Shown here one piece after another: positions 28,193-37,876 of a stretch of DNA of 64,000 bases. The DNA is taken from positions 39,354-103,353 of the forward strand of contig CAZKSR010000001.1 of NCBI GenBank assembly GCA_964555465.1, read 5' to 3'. The notes under the pieces are model-generated. The model saw nothing but the letters and a program-made list of their open reading frames with translations, did not search any database and was not told the origin of the DNA. A program made the translations under genes and the position numbers. Source of the stretch: an uncultured Oscillospiraceae bacterium (GTDB taxonomy: Bacteria; Bacillota; Clostridia; Oscillospirales; Oscillospiraceae). Within the stretch, counting starts at the first letter, position 1. Each line of letters starts with the position of its first letter.

Positions 28193-30358
28193 ATGGATCA
28201 AATTATCACACGGCTTGCTCGCGAGCTGAGCCTAAAGGAAGAATATGTGCAAAATGTCGTCACGCTCCTCGACGACGGCAATACCATCCCCTTCATCGCC
28301 CGTTATCGCAAGGAGCTGCACGGTGCCATGGACGACACGACCCTGCGTGACCTTTCCGACCGCCTGCAATATCTGCGCAATTTCACCCGGCGGCAGGAGG
28401 AGATCCGCAAGTCCGTCGATGCGCAGGGAAAGCTGACGGACGAGCTGAACGCCGCGCTTGAGGAGGCAAAGACGCTCTCCGAGCTTGAGGATATTTATCG
28501 TCCCTATAAGCCCAAGCGCCGCACCCGTGCCACCGTTGCAAAGGAAAAGGGACTTGAGCCGTTGGCCCTGCGCCTTTTCTCTCAGGCGAAGGATCTGGGT
28601 GATCCGGAGACGCTTGCGCAAGATTATGTAAACCAAGAGCTCGGCGTCGAAACTGCCGCCGATGCCCTTGCCGGAGCCTCGGATATCGTGGCGGAGATGA
28701 TCTCGGACGATGCGGAGATCCGCAAATCCCTGCGCACGATGATGAAGCGAAGCTCCGTCCTGCGTACCGGTGCGGCAAAGGGCAAGGAGGAAGAGGTTTC
28801 GGTCTATCAGATGTATTATGACTTTGCCCAGCCCCTGTCCAAGGCACAGGGACACCAGATTTTGGCCATCAACCGAGGCGAACGGGAGGGCTATTTGAAG
28901 GTCGATGTCGAGACGGAACGGGAGCAGGCGCTTGTCAATGTCCGCCGTGCCGTCCTGATTCCCGGCGGCGGCGCAACGGGCTTTGTTCGTGCGGCGGCGG
29001 AGGATGCCTATGACCGTCTGATCGCCCCGAGCATGGAGCGGGAATGGCGCACGGCTCTGACCGACGAGGCAAACGAGGGCGCCATCCGCAACTTCGCCCT
29101 GAATCTCAGGCCGCTTCTCATGCAGCCGCCCGTCAAGGGACACACGACCATGGGCCTCGACCCCGGCTACAGCCACGGCTGCAAGGTCGCCGTCGTCGAC
29201 CCGACGGGCAAGGTTCTCGACACCGCCGTTGTCTATCCGACCTTTTCAAAGGCGAAGCGTGAGGAGGCCATCCAAACGCTGGCTGCCATGATCCGCAAGC
29301 ACGGCGTTGAGCACATCGCCATCGGCAACGGCACGGCCTCCCGTGAGACGGAGAACGCAGTCTGCGAGCTTTTGACCCGAGTCAAGGGTGTGAGCTATAT
29401 GATCGTCTCCGAGGCCGGTGCTTCGGTCTATTCGGCCTCCAAGCTTGCTGCAGAGGAGTTTCCGCAGTATGATGTCAACCTTCGCTCGGCGGTGTCCATC
29501 GCCCGACGGCTTCAGGATCCTCTGGCCGAGCTGGTCAAGATCGACCCGAAGGCCATCGGCGTCGGCCAATACCAGCATGATCTGCCCGAAAAGCGGCTGG
29601 ATGAATCCCTCGGCGGCGTGGTCGAGGACTGTGTCAATGCCGTCGGCGTCGACCTCAACACGGCCTCGCCGTCGCTCCTGCGCCGCGTCTCCGGACTGAA
29701 TTCGACCATTGCGAAGAACATCGTCACTTACCGTGAGGAAAATGGTGCGTTCACCTCGCGAAAGCAGGTTTTGAAGGTGCCCAAGCTCGGCGCAAAGGCA
29801 TACGAACAGGCTGCCGGCTTCCTCCGCGTGCCGGAAAGCAAGCAGATTTTGGATAATACCGGCGTCCATCCGGAGAGCTACGCCGCCGCCGAGACACTTC
29901 TGAAGCTCTGCGGCTATACGCAGGAGGATGTTGCGAACGGTGCTCTTTCGGAGCTGAACGACCGATTGGAGGCATACGGCGTTCGGAGGGCTGCCGAGGC
30001 GTGCGGTGTCGGCGTGCCGACGCTGCGTGATATTGTAAAGGAATTATGTAAACCCGGAAGAGATCCCCGTGATGAGCTGCCGCCTCCCATTTTGCGGACG
30101 GACGTGCTGGAAATGAAGGATCTCAAGCCGGGGATGGTGCTCACGGGTACGGTACGTAACGTCATTGATTTCGGCGTTTTCGTCGATATCGGTGTGCATC
30201 AGGACGGCCTTGTTCATATCTCCCGTGTCTGCAACAGATTCATCAAGCACCCCTCAGAGGTCGTCTCCGTCGGTGACATCGTCAAGGTTGCCGTGCTGGA
30301 GGTCGACGAAAAGCGCAAGCGCATCAGCCTGACCATGCGTGATCTGCCGAAGGAATAA
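28193..30358 (+). CDS. tex: Tex family RNA-binding transcription accessory protein
   Basis: TIPFIARYRKE, YqgF-like GLDPG...GNGTASRET, HhH, C-terminal S1 domain (FGVFVDIGVHQDGLVHIS). Confidence 0.95.
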   Translation: MDQIITRLARELSLKEEYVQNVVTLLDDGNTIPFIARYRKELHGAMDDTTLRDLSDRLQYLRNFTRRQEEIRKSVDAQGKLTDELNAALEEAKTLSELEDIYRPYKPKRRTRATVAKEKGLEPLALRLFSQAKDLGDPETLAQDYVNQELGVETAADALAGASDIVAEMISDDAEIRKSLRTMMKRSSVLRTGAAKGKEEEVSVYQMYYDFAQPLSKAQGHQILAINRGEREGYLKVDVETEREQALVNVRRAVLIPGGGATGFVRAAAEDAYDRLIAPSMEREWRTALTDEANEGAIRNFALNLRPLLMQPPVKGHTTMGLDPGYSHGCKVAVVDPTGKVLDTAVVYPTFSKAKREEAIQTLAAMIRKHGVEHIAIGNGTASRETENAVCELLTRVKGVSYMIVSEAGASVYSASKLAAEEFPQYDVNLRSAVSIARRLQDPLAELVKIDPKAIGVGQYQHDLPEKRLDESLGGVVEDCVNAVGVDLNTASPSLLRRVSGLNSTIAKNIVTYREENGAFTSRKQVLKVPKLGAKAYEQAAGFLRVPESKQILDNTGVHPESYAAAETLLKLCGYTQEDVANGALSELNDRLEAYGVRRAAEACGVGVPTLRDIVKELCKPGRDPRDELPPPILRTDVLEMKDLKPGMVLTGTVRNVIDFGVFVDIGVHQDGLVHISRVCNRFIKHPSEVVSVGDIVKVAVLEVDEKRKRISLTMRDLPKE

Positions 30359-30369
30359 GAGAAACAAAC

Positions 30370-30418
30370 CAAATGCCCGTGAAAAGCCGATGCTTTTCAC
30401 GGGCGTTGATTTGTTTTG
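30370..30418 (+). terminator. intrinsic terminator after tex
   Basis: gcccgtgaaaagc...gcttttcacgggc followed by a T-rich run. Confidence 0.65.
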
Positions 30419-30429
30419 CTCCGAATACC

Positions 30430-30830
30430 GCAGGTAATGGCCTCGGTCGGGCAGGCATTTTTGCACTTTCCGCACCGACGATACGGTCGGCGGAGAACGC
30501 GCTGTAGCCCATGGACAGGTCGAGCTTGTGCATCTCGACGAGTGTGACCTCGGTTGCCGTCAGCTCGGAAGAAAGTGCCGCATTGCCTGCCGAATTCGTG
30601 TGGAGATAGTATTTGTATGCGCCATCGGCGCTTTCCCCGATTTTTCGTGGCGGTCGCAGGCGGTCAGCTCATCCAAGCGGCTGACGACGGCTTTTTCATA
30701 AACACCGATCGCGCCGAGTTTCTTAAGCGCGGCCTCCCGGCCCAAAAGCTCGACGGACATGACCTCCTGCTCGCGCAGCTCCGACGTGGCGGATACCTTC
30801 CTTCTGCATTGATCTGTCGACTCATCCGCA
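30430..30830 (-). pseudogene. possible frameshifted gene remnant
   Basis: Coding-like segments in two minus frames (MSVELLGREAALKKLGAIGVYEKAVVSRLDELT; GESADGAYKYYLHTNSAGNAALSSELTATEVTLVEMHKLDLSMGYSAFSADRIV) with no intact long ORF. Confidence 0.35.
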
Positions 30831-30969
30831 ATGCAAGTACGGCGGAGGGAAAGAAATTCGGCGGTTCCGACGGGCAGTCGAAAATTTGTTGTGAATTTTG
30901 AGAAAAGGGGCTTGTTTTTCTCGGGAAAATCACATATGATATACAAACCAATATCATGGAGGCTATTTT

Positions 30970-32037
30970 GTGAGCAAATTGAGTGTTTGTGTGCTCTTCG
31001 GCGGCGTTTCGCCGGAGCATGAGGTTTCCCTGCGTTCGGCGGAATCGGTGCTGAACCGCTTGGATCCCGAAAAATATCATATCCACCCCGTCGGCATCAC
31101 CCGTGAGGGCGAGTGGATCCGCTACGGCGGAACAGACTACGGCAAGCTGCCCGACGGCACATGGCTTACGGACGAAGGCAACCGCCCTGCGGCCATCTCG
31201 CCCGTTCGCGGGCAGGGGCTTTTGACCTTCGAGGGAGACTGTGTCGTGCGCGAGCAGATCGATGTCGTCTTTCCCGTCCTGCACGGCGAAAACGGTGAGG
31301 ACGGCTCGGTGCAGGGGCTTTTGCAGCTTGCGGGCATCCCCTATGTCGGACCTCATGTCGCAGCCTCGGCCACCTGCATGGACAAGACCCTGACGAAGCT
31401 TGTCGCGGACAACGCCGGCATCCGTCAGGCGGCGTGGCATTTGGTCACGGCGGAGGAGCTGTCGAAGAACGAGAATGCGGTTTTGGATGCCCTGGAAGGC
31501 CGCTTCGAATATCCCGTTTTCGTCAAACCGGCCGGAACAGGCTCTTCTGTCGGCGTGACGAAGGCGAAAAACCGCGCGGAGCTGCTGTCCGCTCTGCAAA
31601 TTGCGGCAAAATACGACCGAAAAATTCTGGTCGAGGAATTCATCAACGGCAGGGAGGTCGAGGTCGCCGTTCTGGGCAATGCTTCTCCTGCCGCATCCAT
31701 CTGCGGCGAGATCGACGCCGGAACGGAATTCTACGACTACGATGCGAAATATATCTCCGATTGCGCGCAGCTCTATATTCCGGCTCGCATCGACGAGGCA
31801 ACGGCGGAGCAGGTGCGCGATACGGCCATCCGTGCTTACCGTGCGTTGGGCTGTCGTGGACTGTCCCGAGTGGATTTCTTTGTGACGCATGACGGCGGAG
31901 AGATCGTTTTCAACGAGATCAATACCATCCCCGGCTTCACGTCCATTTCCATGTATCCGAAGCTCTTTGAGGCCAGCGGCATCCCCTACGGCACGCTGCT
32001 CGACGAGCTGATCGAGCTGGCGCAGGAGACAAAGTGA
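30970..32037 (+). CDS. ddl: D-alanine--D-alanine ligase
   Basis: FGGVSPEHEVSLRSA, LHGENGEDG, GSSVG, FYDYDAKY, NEINTIPGFT. Confidence 0.96.
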   Translation: MSKLSVCVLFGGVSPEHEVSLRSAESVLNRLDPEKYHIHPVGITREGEWIRYGGTDYGKLPDGTWLTDEGNRPAAISPVRGQGLLTFEGDCVVREQIDVVFPVLHGENGEDGSVQGLLQLAGIPYVGPHVAASATCMDKTLTKLVADNAGIRQAAWHLVTAEELSKNENAVLDALEGRFEYPVFVKPAGTGSSVGVTKAKNRAELLSALQIAAKYDRKILVEEFINGREVEVAVLGNASPAASICGEIDAGTEFYDYDAKYISDCAQLYIPARIDEATAEQVRDTAIRAYRALGCRGLSRVDFFVTHDGGEIVFNEINTIPGFTSISMYPKLFEASGIPYGTLLDELIELAQETK

Positions 32038-32468
32038 TGTCTCAGCCGATTCTCTTGACGATATGCAGTCAGCAACGCTTTATGGACGAGCCGCCGGAGG
32101 AGACAAAGCTGGTGACGCAGGGCGTGATGTCCGCCGCGGATGACGTCGTCGAGCTGTCTTACGAGGAGACGGAGCTGACGGGACTGGTCGGCACGACGAC
32201 GGTTTTCCGCATCGAGAAGGATCGCGTCCTGCTGATCCGCAGGGGAGCGGTCGAGTCGAAGATGACCTTCGTGGTCGGGCAGGAGGATCGTTCGCTTTAC
32301 GAGATGGACTGCGGCGTGCTGATGATCGCCGTTCGTACGGAGCGTATTGATGTCGACCTGAGCCGCAGGGGAGGAACCCTCTGCGTCGCTTATGCCATCA
32401 CCATTGAGGACGAGGCCACCGGCTACATCGAATATCAAATCAAGGTCGAGACGAAAGAGGGAGAATGA
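32034..32468 (+). CDS. DUF1934 domain protein
   Basis: LSYEETELTGL.GTTT, L.RRG.V.S.M.F; beta-rich 144 aa. Confidence 0.82.
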   Translation: MMSQPILLTICSQQRFMDEPPEETKLVTQGVMSAADDVVELSYEETELTGLVGTTTVFRIEKDRVLLIRRGAVESKMTFVVGQEDRSLYEMDCGVLMIAVRTERIDVDLSRRGGTLCVAYAITIEDEATGYIEYQIKVETKEGE

Positions 32469-33052
32469 TGCGTCTGTTTCGCAGAAAGGAAATCCCGTTT
32501 CTCTATGACTCGGAGGCGTGGAAAAAGCGTTGGCAGAGCCTCGTGCCGGCGGAATGTCGGGACGTTCCCGTCACGGTCGACGGGAGGACGGAGCTTGCCT
32601 TCGTGCAGATGAACCAGTTCGTCATGATGCTGCAGGACGGGCTTTTGATGGAGGCATCGTTTTTCGATGTCTGCGCCCTGTTCCAGAAGGCCGGTTATCA
32701 TGTTATCTGGCTGATGCGGTGTACGCAGGATGAGGCGAACAACTACCTCAAGCGTCATCGGGAGAAGGACGGGCGTTGCTGGTGGACGTGGCGTTCACCG
32801 ACCACAAACTTCGGCCGTTGGACATCGGACAACCTACAGGCGACCATTCTTTTGCAGGTCGATCGGCTCCCGACGGAGGGCGATCTGCGTACCTGCCAAA
32901 AGAGCGTTTTGCGCCGCGTTACCTGGGCGCAGAGTGACGACGCCGCAGAGATGATCCCCTCAAAAACCAGATTCAGCACGGTAGACACGCCCTCAACGCC
33001 GCAACAGCTTCTGCGCTGGCTGGAGGGAACACCGCTGAGCAAGGTCAAATAA
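32465..33052 (+). CDS. hypothetical protein, possible degenerate CoiA-like nuclease fold
   Basis: GAGGGAG RBS; AGYHVIWLM and WTWRSP segments reminiscent of CoiA-like proteins. Confidence 0.55.
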   Translation: MMRLFRRKEIPFLYDSEAWKKRWQSLVPAECRDVPVTVDGRTELAFVQMNQFVMMLQDGLLMEASFFDVCALFQKAGYHVIWLMRCTQDEANNYLKRHREKDGRCWWTWRSPTTNFGRWTSDNLQATILLQVDRLPTEGDLRTCQKSVLRRVTWAQSDDAAEMIPSKTRFSTVDTPSTPQQLLRWLEGTPLSKVK

Positions 33053-33063
33053 CAACCGCCGAA

Positions 33064-33098
33064 GGCGGCAGGGAGAGTTCTCCCTGCCGTCTTTTTTT
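33064..33098 (+). terminator. intrinsic terminator
   Basis: aggcggcagggaga-gt-tctccctgccgtct followed by a T-tract. Confidence 0.85.
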
Positions 33099-33111
33099 GC
33101 GAAAAGCGGAT

Positions 33112-33166
33112 TTTACTTCGATTTTACAGCGGCCTGCTTACGAATTTTACCGCCGATTCTTACAAT
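33112..33166 (+). promoter_or_regulatory. putative PHO boxes and -10 of the pst operon
   Basis: Five (T/C)TTAC repeats (33112, 33123, 33137, 33146, 33159) ending at TACAAT; no clear -35. Confidence 0.55.
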
Positions 33167-33224
33167 ATAGGCGTGCGCAAGGGAAAGGCGCAAAACGAAA
33201 AACATATGTAAGGAGATATCAGTT

Positions 33225-34025
33225 ATGAAAAAAATGATCGGCTTACTCGCGGCGGCATTGCTGCTTATGAGCGTGCTCACTGCTTGCGGCGGCGGCAAGG
33301 AGACGGTAGCAACAGACGGCTCCACCTCCATGAACAAAATCATCGGCGCCTTGAGCGAAGCCTTCGAAAAGGAGTCCGGCATTACCGTGACCTATAACGC
33401 CACAGGCTCCGGCGCAGGGATTCAGGCCGTTCTCGAGGGCAGATGCGACATCGGGCTGTCCAGCCGTGAGCTGAAGGATGAGGAGCTGGCAAAGGGGCTT
33501 GAAGGGACTGTTCTTGCCTATGACGGCATAGCGATCATCGTAAATCCCCAAAACCCCGTTTCCGACTTGGATATTGAAACCATCGCTCAAATTTTCACGG
33601 GTGAGATCAAGAACTGGAAGGAGGTCGGCGGAAACGATGCCGAGATTGTGCGCATCGGTCGCGAAGCGGGCAGCGGCACAAGAGACGGCTTCGAGTCCAT
33701 CACCGATACCGAGGGAAGGTGCGATTATCGGCAGGAGCTGACCTCCACCGGCGATGTCGTTACCGCAGTTGCGAGCAATCCCGCGGCAATCGGCTACGCT
33801 TCTCTCGCTTCCGTGAAGGATACCGTAAAGACGCTCAAGGTCGGCGCCGTCCTGCCGAGCGAGGAAAGCATCAAGGACGGCAGCTATGTGATCCGTCGCC
33901 CCTTCGTCCTTGTAACCAAGAAGGATACACCCCTCTCGGAAAGCGCACGGATGTTCTTTGAATATATCACATCAAGCGCGGCAAATGAAATCATCGGCGG
34001 TGTCGGAGCCGTCCCCGTAAACTGA
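33225..34025 (+). CDS. pstS: phosphate ABC transporter substrate-binding lipoprotein
   Basis: Lipobox LTAC; DGSTSM, GSGAG, SSR, REAGSGTRDGF. Confidence 0.93.
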   Translation: MKKMIGLLAAALLLMSVLTACGGGKETVATDGSTSMNKIIGALSEAFEKESGITVTYNATGSGAGIQAVLEGRCDIGLSSRELKDEELAKGLEGTVLAYDGIAIIVNPQNPVSDLDIETIAQIFTGEIKNWKEVGGNDAEIVRIGREAGSGTRDGFESITDTEGRCDYRQELTSTGDVVTAVASNPAAIGYASLASVKDTVKTLKVGAVLPSEESIKDGSYVIRRPFVLVTKKDTPLSESARMFFEYITSSAANEIIGGVGAVPVN

Positions 34026-34079
34026 GCGCATAAATCAGCGGCGCGCAATGGCTGCCGCTGATTCCCGTTGAGGTTGCTT

Positions 34080-34952
34080 ATGAAGAAAAAAAGATTATTT
34101 GAGAATACCGTATACGGCATATTTCTCGTGCTCGGACTGATCACCGTCGCCTGTGTTCTGCTCATCACGGTGTATCTGATTGTTTCGGGGATCCCTGCCA
34201 TTCGGGAAATCGGCCTCTTCGATTTCCTGTTCGGCAAAGAGTGGGCATCCACCGCGGCAGAGCCGAAATACGGCATACTGCCGTTTATTTTGACGAGCGT
34301 GTACGGAACCGCAGGTGCCATATTGCTCGGCGTTCCGATCGGCTTCTTTACCGCCGTGTTTCTTTCAAAGCCGGCAAACAGGAAGCTCAGGAGCGTGATC
34401 GAAGCCGCGGTTGACCTGCTTGCGGGGATCCCGTCGGTGGTGTACGGCCTTGTGGGTATGCTGGTGCTTGTGCCGGCGATTCGCGAAATCTTTCATGTGC
34501 CGGACGGCGCGAGTCTGCTTGCGGCGATTGTCGTTCTTGCGATCATGATCCTGCCGAACATCATTAAGGTTTCCGTCAGCGCGCTTGATGCGGTTCCGAA
34601 GGAATATGAGGATGCGTCCCTTGCACTCGGCGCGACGTCCGTCGAGACGTTTTTCAGAGTGTCGGTGCCTGCGGCCAAAAGCGGCATTGCCGCCGCTGTC
34701 GTCCTCGGCGTGGGACGTGCCATCGGAGAAGCAATGGCGGTTATGATGGTGGCAGGCAATGTGGCGAATATGCCCTCGCTCTTTGAAAGCGTACGTTTCC
34801 TAACCACGGCCGTCGCAAGCGAAATGGCTTATTCAAGCCCCGGCAGCTTGCAGAGAGATGCTTTGTTTTCCGTTGCGCTTGTGCTGTTCCTGTTTATTAT
34901 GCTGATCAACGCCGCGCTCAATTTTTTCCTGAAACGGGAGAAGGAGAAATAA
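34080..34952 (+). CDS. pstC: phosphate ABC transporter permease
   Basis: LLAGIPSVVYG, ASLALGA, RAIGEAMAV. Confidence 0.93.
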   Translation: MKKKRLFENTVYGIFLVLGLITVACVLLITVYLIVSGIPAIREIGLFDFLFGKEWASTAAEPKYGILPFILTSVYGTAGAILLGVPIGFFTAVFLSKPANRKLRSVIEAAVDLLAGIPSVVYGLVGMLVLVPAIREIFHVPDGASLLAAIVVLAIMILPNIIKVSVSALDAVPKEYEDASLALGATSVETFFRVSVPAAKSGIAAAVVLGVGRAIGEAMAVMMVAGNVANMPSLFESVRFLTTAVASEMAYSSPGSLQRDALFSVALVLFLFIMLINAALNFFLKREKEK

Positions 34953-34953
34953 G

Positions 34954-35796
34954 ATGGATCGTAAAAGGAAACGATATAACTGCTTCATGCGCGGCGCAAT
35001 GATTGTTTGCACGGCACTCACGACGGCACTTGTGCTGTTCCTTGTGGGATATGTGCTGATAAACGGTATTCCGAACCTCACATGGGAGCTGATTTCCACG
35101 AAGCCGAGCTACTTAAGCGACAGAATCGGCATTTTACCGGACATTCTGAACACGCTTTACATCGTGCTTGCCACGCTCGTTATCGTATTACCGCTCGGGG
35201 TAGGCGCGGCGATTTACCTGACGGAATACGCGGAGAACAAGAAGGCGGTGACGGTGATCGAATACGCCGCCGAAACGCTTTCGGGAATCCCGTCTGTTAT
35301 TTACGGTCTTGTGGGTATGCTGCTTTTCTCCAATACCTTCGGAACGAGCCTGCTTTCCGGTGCGCTGACACTGGTCATCATGAATCTCCCCACCGTGATG
35401 AGAACGACGCAGGAGAGCTTGAAGACCGTTCCGCAAAGCTACCGCGAAGGTGCGTTCGGCCTGGGCGCAGGCAAATGGCGTGTCATTCGCACAGTAGTCC
35501 TCCCCGGCTGTGTGGACGGTGTTGTCACAGGCTGTATCCTCTCTGTCGGCCGTATTCTCAGCGAGTCGGCGGCCCTGCTCTTTACGGCCGGCTTTGCGCA
35601 CGCGCTCAACGGCATTTTTACGGGGCTGTCCTCTCCCGGCGCGACCCTGACCGTCGCTCTTTATGTCTATGCCAAGGAGGAGGGGGAATTCGGCGTGGCC
35701 TTCGCGATCGCGGCGATTCTGATGATACTGACATTGCTGCTCAACCTGTCGGCCGCGCTGGTGGGAAAATACTTTGCGAAAAGGAGAAACTTATGA
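34954..35796 (+). CDS. pstA: phosphate ABC transporter permease
   Basis: [33 protein letters not shown]. Confidence 0.93.
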   Translation: MDRKRKRYNCFMRGAMIVCTALTTALVLFLVGYVLINGIPNLTWELISTKPSYLSDRIGILPDILNTLYIVLATLVIVLPLGVGAAIYLTEYAENKKAVTVIEYAAETLSGIPSVIYGLVGMLLFSNTFGTSLLSGALTLVIMNLPTVMRTTQESLKTVPQSYREGAFGLGAGKWRVIRTVVLPGCVDGVVTGCILSVGRILSESAALLFTAGFAHALNGIFTGLSSPGATLTVALYVYAKEEGEFGVAFAIAAILMILTLLLNLSAALVGKYFAKRRNL

Positions 35797-36548
35797 GTGA
35801 AATAATGACGGCGAAAGACCTGTGCCTTTGGTACGGGGATAATAAAGCCCTCAACAATATCAATATTGCGATTCCCGAGAAGAGCATCACGGCACTGATC
35901 GGCCCTTCGGGATGCGGTAAATCCACGTTTCTGAAAACGCTGAACCGCATGAACGACCTGATTCCCACGGTGAAAATCACGGGGGAGGTTTGCTATCACG
36001 GCCGCAGCATCTTCGGAAAAGACGTTGACGTCAACGAGCTGCGCCGTGATATCGGTATGGTGTTCCAAAAGCCCAATCCGTTCCCGATGAGTATTTACGA
36101 TAATGTAGCATACGGCCCCCGTACGCACGGGATCAAAAGCAAGGTGAAGCTGGATGAAATCGTAGAGCAGGCACTTCGCGATGCTGCCATTTGGGAGGAG
36201 GTAAAGGACAGACTGAAAAAGAACGCACTCGGTCTTTCGGGCGGCCAGCAGCAGCGGCTTTGCATCGCTCGTGCGCTTGCTGTCGAGCCGAAGGTTCTTT
36301 TGATGGATGAGCCGACTTCGGCGCTTGACCCGATTTCCACCTCCCGAATTGAGGAACTTGCATTGCAATTAAAGGAAAAATATACTATAATTACAGTGAC
36401 GCATAATATGCAGCAGGCGGTTCGCATTTCGGACAATACGGCGTTTTTCCTTCTCGGTGAGCTGGTGGAATTCGGCAAAACCGAGAGGCTGTTCTCGCAG
36501 CCGATCGATCGGAGAACCGAGGATTATATTACAGGGAGGTTCGGTTGA
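35793..36548 (+). CDS. pstB: phosphate ABC transporter ATP-binding protein
   Basis: [39 protein letters not shown]. Confidence 0.96.
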   Translation: MSEIMTAKDLCLWYGDNKALNNINIAIPEKSITALIGPSGCGKSTFLKTLNRMNDLIPTVKITGEVCYHGRSIFGKDVDVNELRRDIGMVFQKPNPFPMSIYDNVAYGPRTHGIKSKVKLDEIVEQALRDAAIWEEVKDRLKKNALGLSGGQQQRLCIARALAVEPKVLLMDEPTSALDPISTSRIEELALQLKEKYTIITVTHNMQQAVRISDNTAFFLLGELVEFGKTERLFSQPIDRRTEDYITGRFG

Positions 36549-36552
36549 TGCT

Positions 36553-37197
36553 ATGAGAAGCAGATTTGATGAACAGCTCGGACTGCTGAACAAAAAGATG
36601 ATCGAAATGGGTGCGGAATGTGAAAGCATCATCGCACTGTCTGCCAAGGCACTGCTGGAAGGGAATGTCGCCGTCGCACGCCACGCAAAAGAGCAGGGAC
36701 ACAAAATCGACTTAATGGAGCGAGAAATCGAATCCTTTTGCCTAAAGCTCCTGCTGCAGCAGCAGCCCGTAGCCAAGGATCTTCGTGTGATTTCCGCCGC
36801 GCTGAAAATGATTACCGACATGGAAAGAATCGGTGACCAGGCGGAGGATATTGCCGAGATCATTTCCTTCCTCAACGGAAGAACCGGCGAGGAATGTCAC
36901 GATATTCGTCTTATGGCGGAGGCCACCATTCAAATGGTGACGGACAGCATTGACGCCTATGTAAAGCAGGATCTTAACCTGACGAAGTCGGTGTGCGAGC
37001 ATGATGACGTCGTCGATGACGCCTTTGCTCGGGTGAAGCAAACGCTCATCAAGATGATATCCGACGATAACGCCGACGGTGAGTATGCGCTGGATCTTCT
37101 TATGATAGCAAAATATTTTGAACGCATCGGTGATCACGCCGTAAATATTGCCGAATGGGTGGAGTTCTCCGTAATCGGCGTTCATAAAGGAGAATAA
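36553..37197 (+). CDS. phoU: phosphate signaling complex protein
   Basis: QQPVAKDLR, DMERIGDQ, DDVVD, ERIGDHAVNIAE. Confidence 0.95.
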   Translation: MRSRFDEQLGLLNKKMIEMGAECESIIALSAKALLEGNVAVARHAKEQGHKIDLMEREIESFCLKLLLQQQPVAKDLRVISAALKMITDMERIGDQAEDIAEIISFLNGRTGEECHDIRLMAEATIQMVTDSIDAYVKQDLNLTKSVCEHDDVVDDAFARVKQTLIKMISDDNADGEYALDLLMIAKYFERIGDHAVNIAEWVEFSVIGVHKGE

Positions 37198-37198
37198 T

Positions 37199-37876
37199 AT
37201 GATTTGGTGTGTGGATGATGACAATACCATACGCGATATTGAGGTGTATGCACTGACGCAGACCGGCTTTGAAGCCAAGGGCTTTGCCGACGGCATTTCC
37301 ATGCTCAAAGCGCTTAAAAGCGAGAAGCCGGAGCTTATTGTGCTGGATATCATGCTGCCCGATAAGGACGGCGTTGCGGTGCTGAAGGAGATCAGAAGCA
37401 ATCCCGATACGAGAAAGCTCCCCGTAATCATGGCCACCGCGAAGGGCACCGAAATGGATAAAATTCAGGGTTTGGACACCGGTGCCGACGATTACCTTGT
37501 CAAGCCCTTCGGCGTGCTGGAAATGATATCCCGTATCAAGGCCGTGCTGCGCCGCTGCGAGCCGCAAGAGAAAGAAGTGCTCCTTACGATCGGGGAGATC
37601 ACCCTCAGCGATAAGGAGCATCTTGTGACCGTAGGCGGCGAAAAGGTGGCTCTTACCTTCAAGGAATTTGAAATTTTGAAGCTCTTTATGAGCCATCCCG
37701 GGATTGTTTTCTCCCGTGACAAGCTTCTGTCGCAGGTATGGGGCGTGGATTATCTCGGTGAGTCGAGAACGGTGGATATGCACATTAAAACCCTGCGGCA
37801 GAAATTGGGAGCGGCCGGTGCGCTGATCGAAACGGTGATCGGCGTCGGCTATAAAATGGAGGGAAGAAATGAGTAA
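37199..37876 (+). CDS. phoP: phosphate regulon response regulator (PhoP/PhoB-like)
   Basis: OmpR-family receiver and winged-helix domains, directly after phoU. Confidence 0.85.
   Translation: MIWCVDDDNTIRDIEVYALTQTGFEAKGFADGISMLKALKSEKPELIVLDIMLPDKDGVAVLKEIRSNPDTRKLPVIMATAKGTEMDKIQGLDTGADDYLVKPFGVLEMISRIKAVLRRCEPQEKEVLLTIGEITLSDKEHLVTVGGEKVALTFKEFEILKLFMSHPGIVFSRDKLLSQVWGVDYLGESRTVDMHIKTLRQKLGAAGALIETVIGVGYKMEGRNE

Noticed and set aside
30970..32037. ddl as a vancomycin-resistance ligase
   Set aside because: The omega loop is FYDYDAKY, typical of D-Ala-D-Ala ligases, and no vanH/X/T/R/S genes are adjacent.
35007..35792. N-terminal extension of the 513-aa pstB ORF (similarly for ORFs 12775, 61062 and 63022)
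   Set aside because: The upstream parts overlap other real genes. The true starts have their own RBS downstream.
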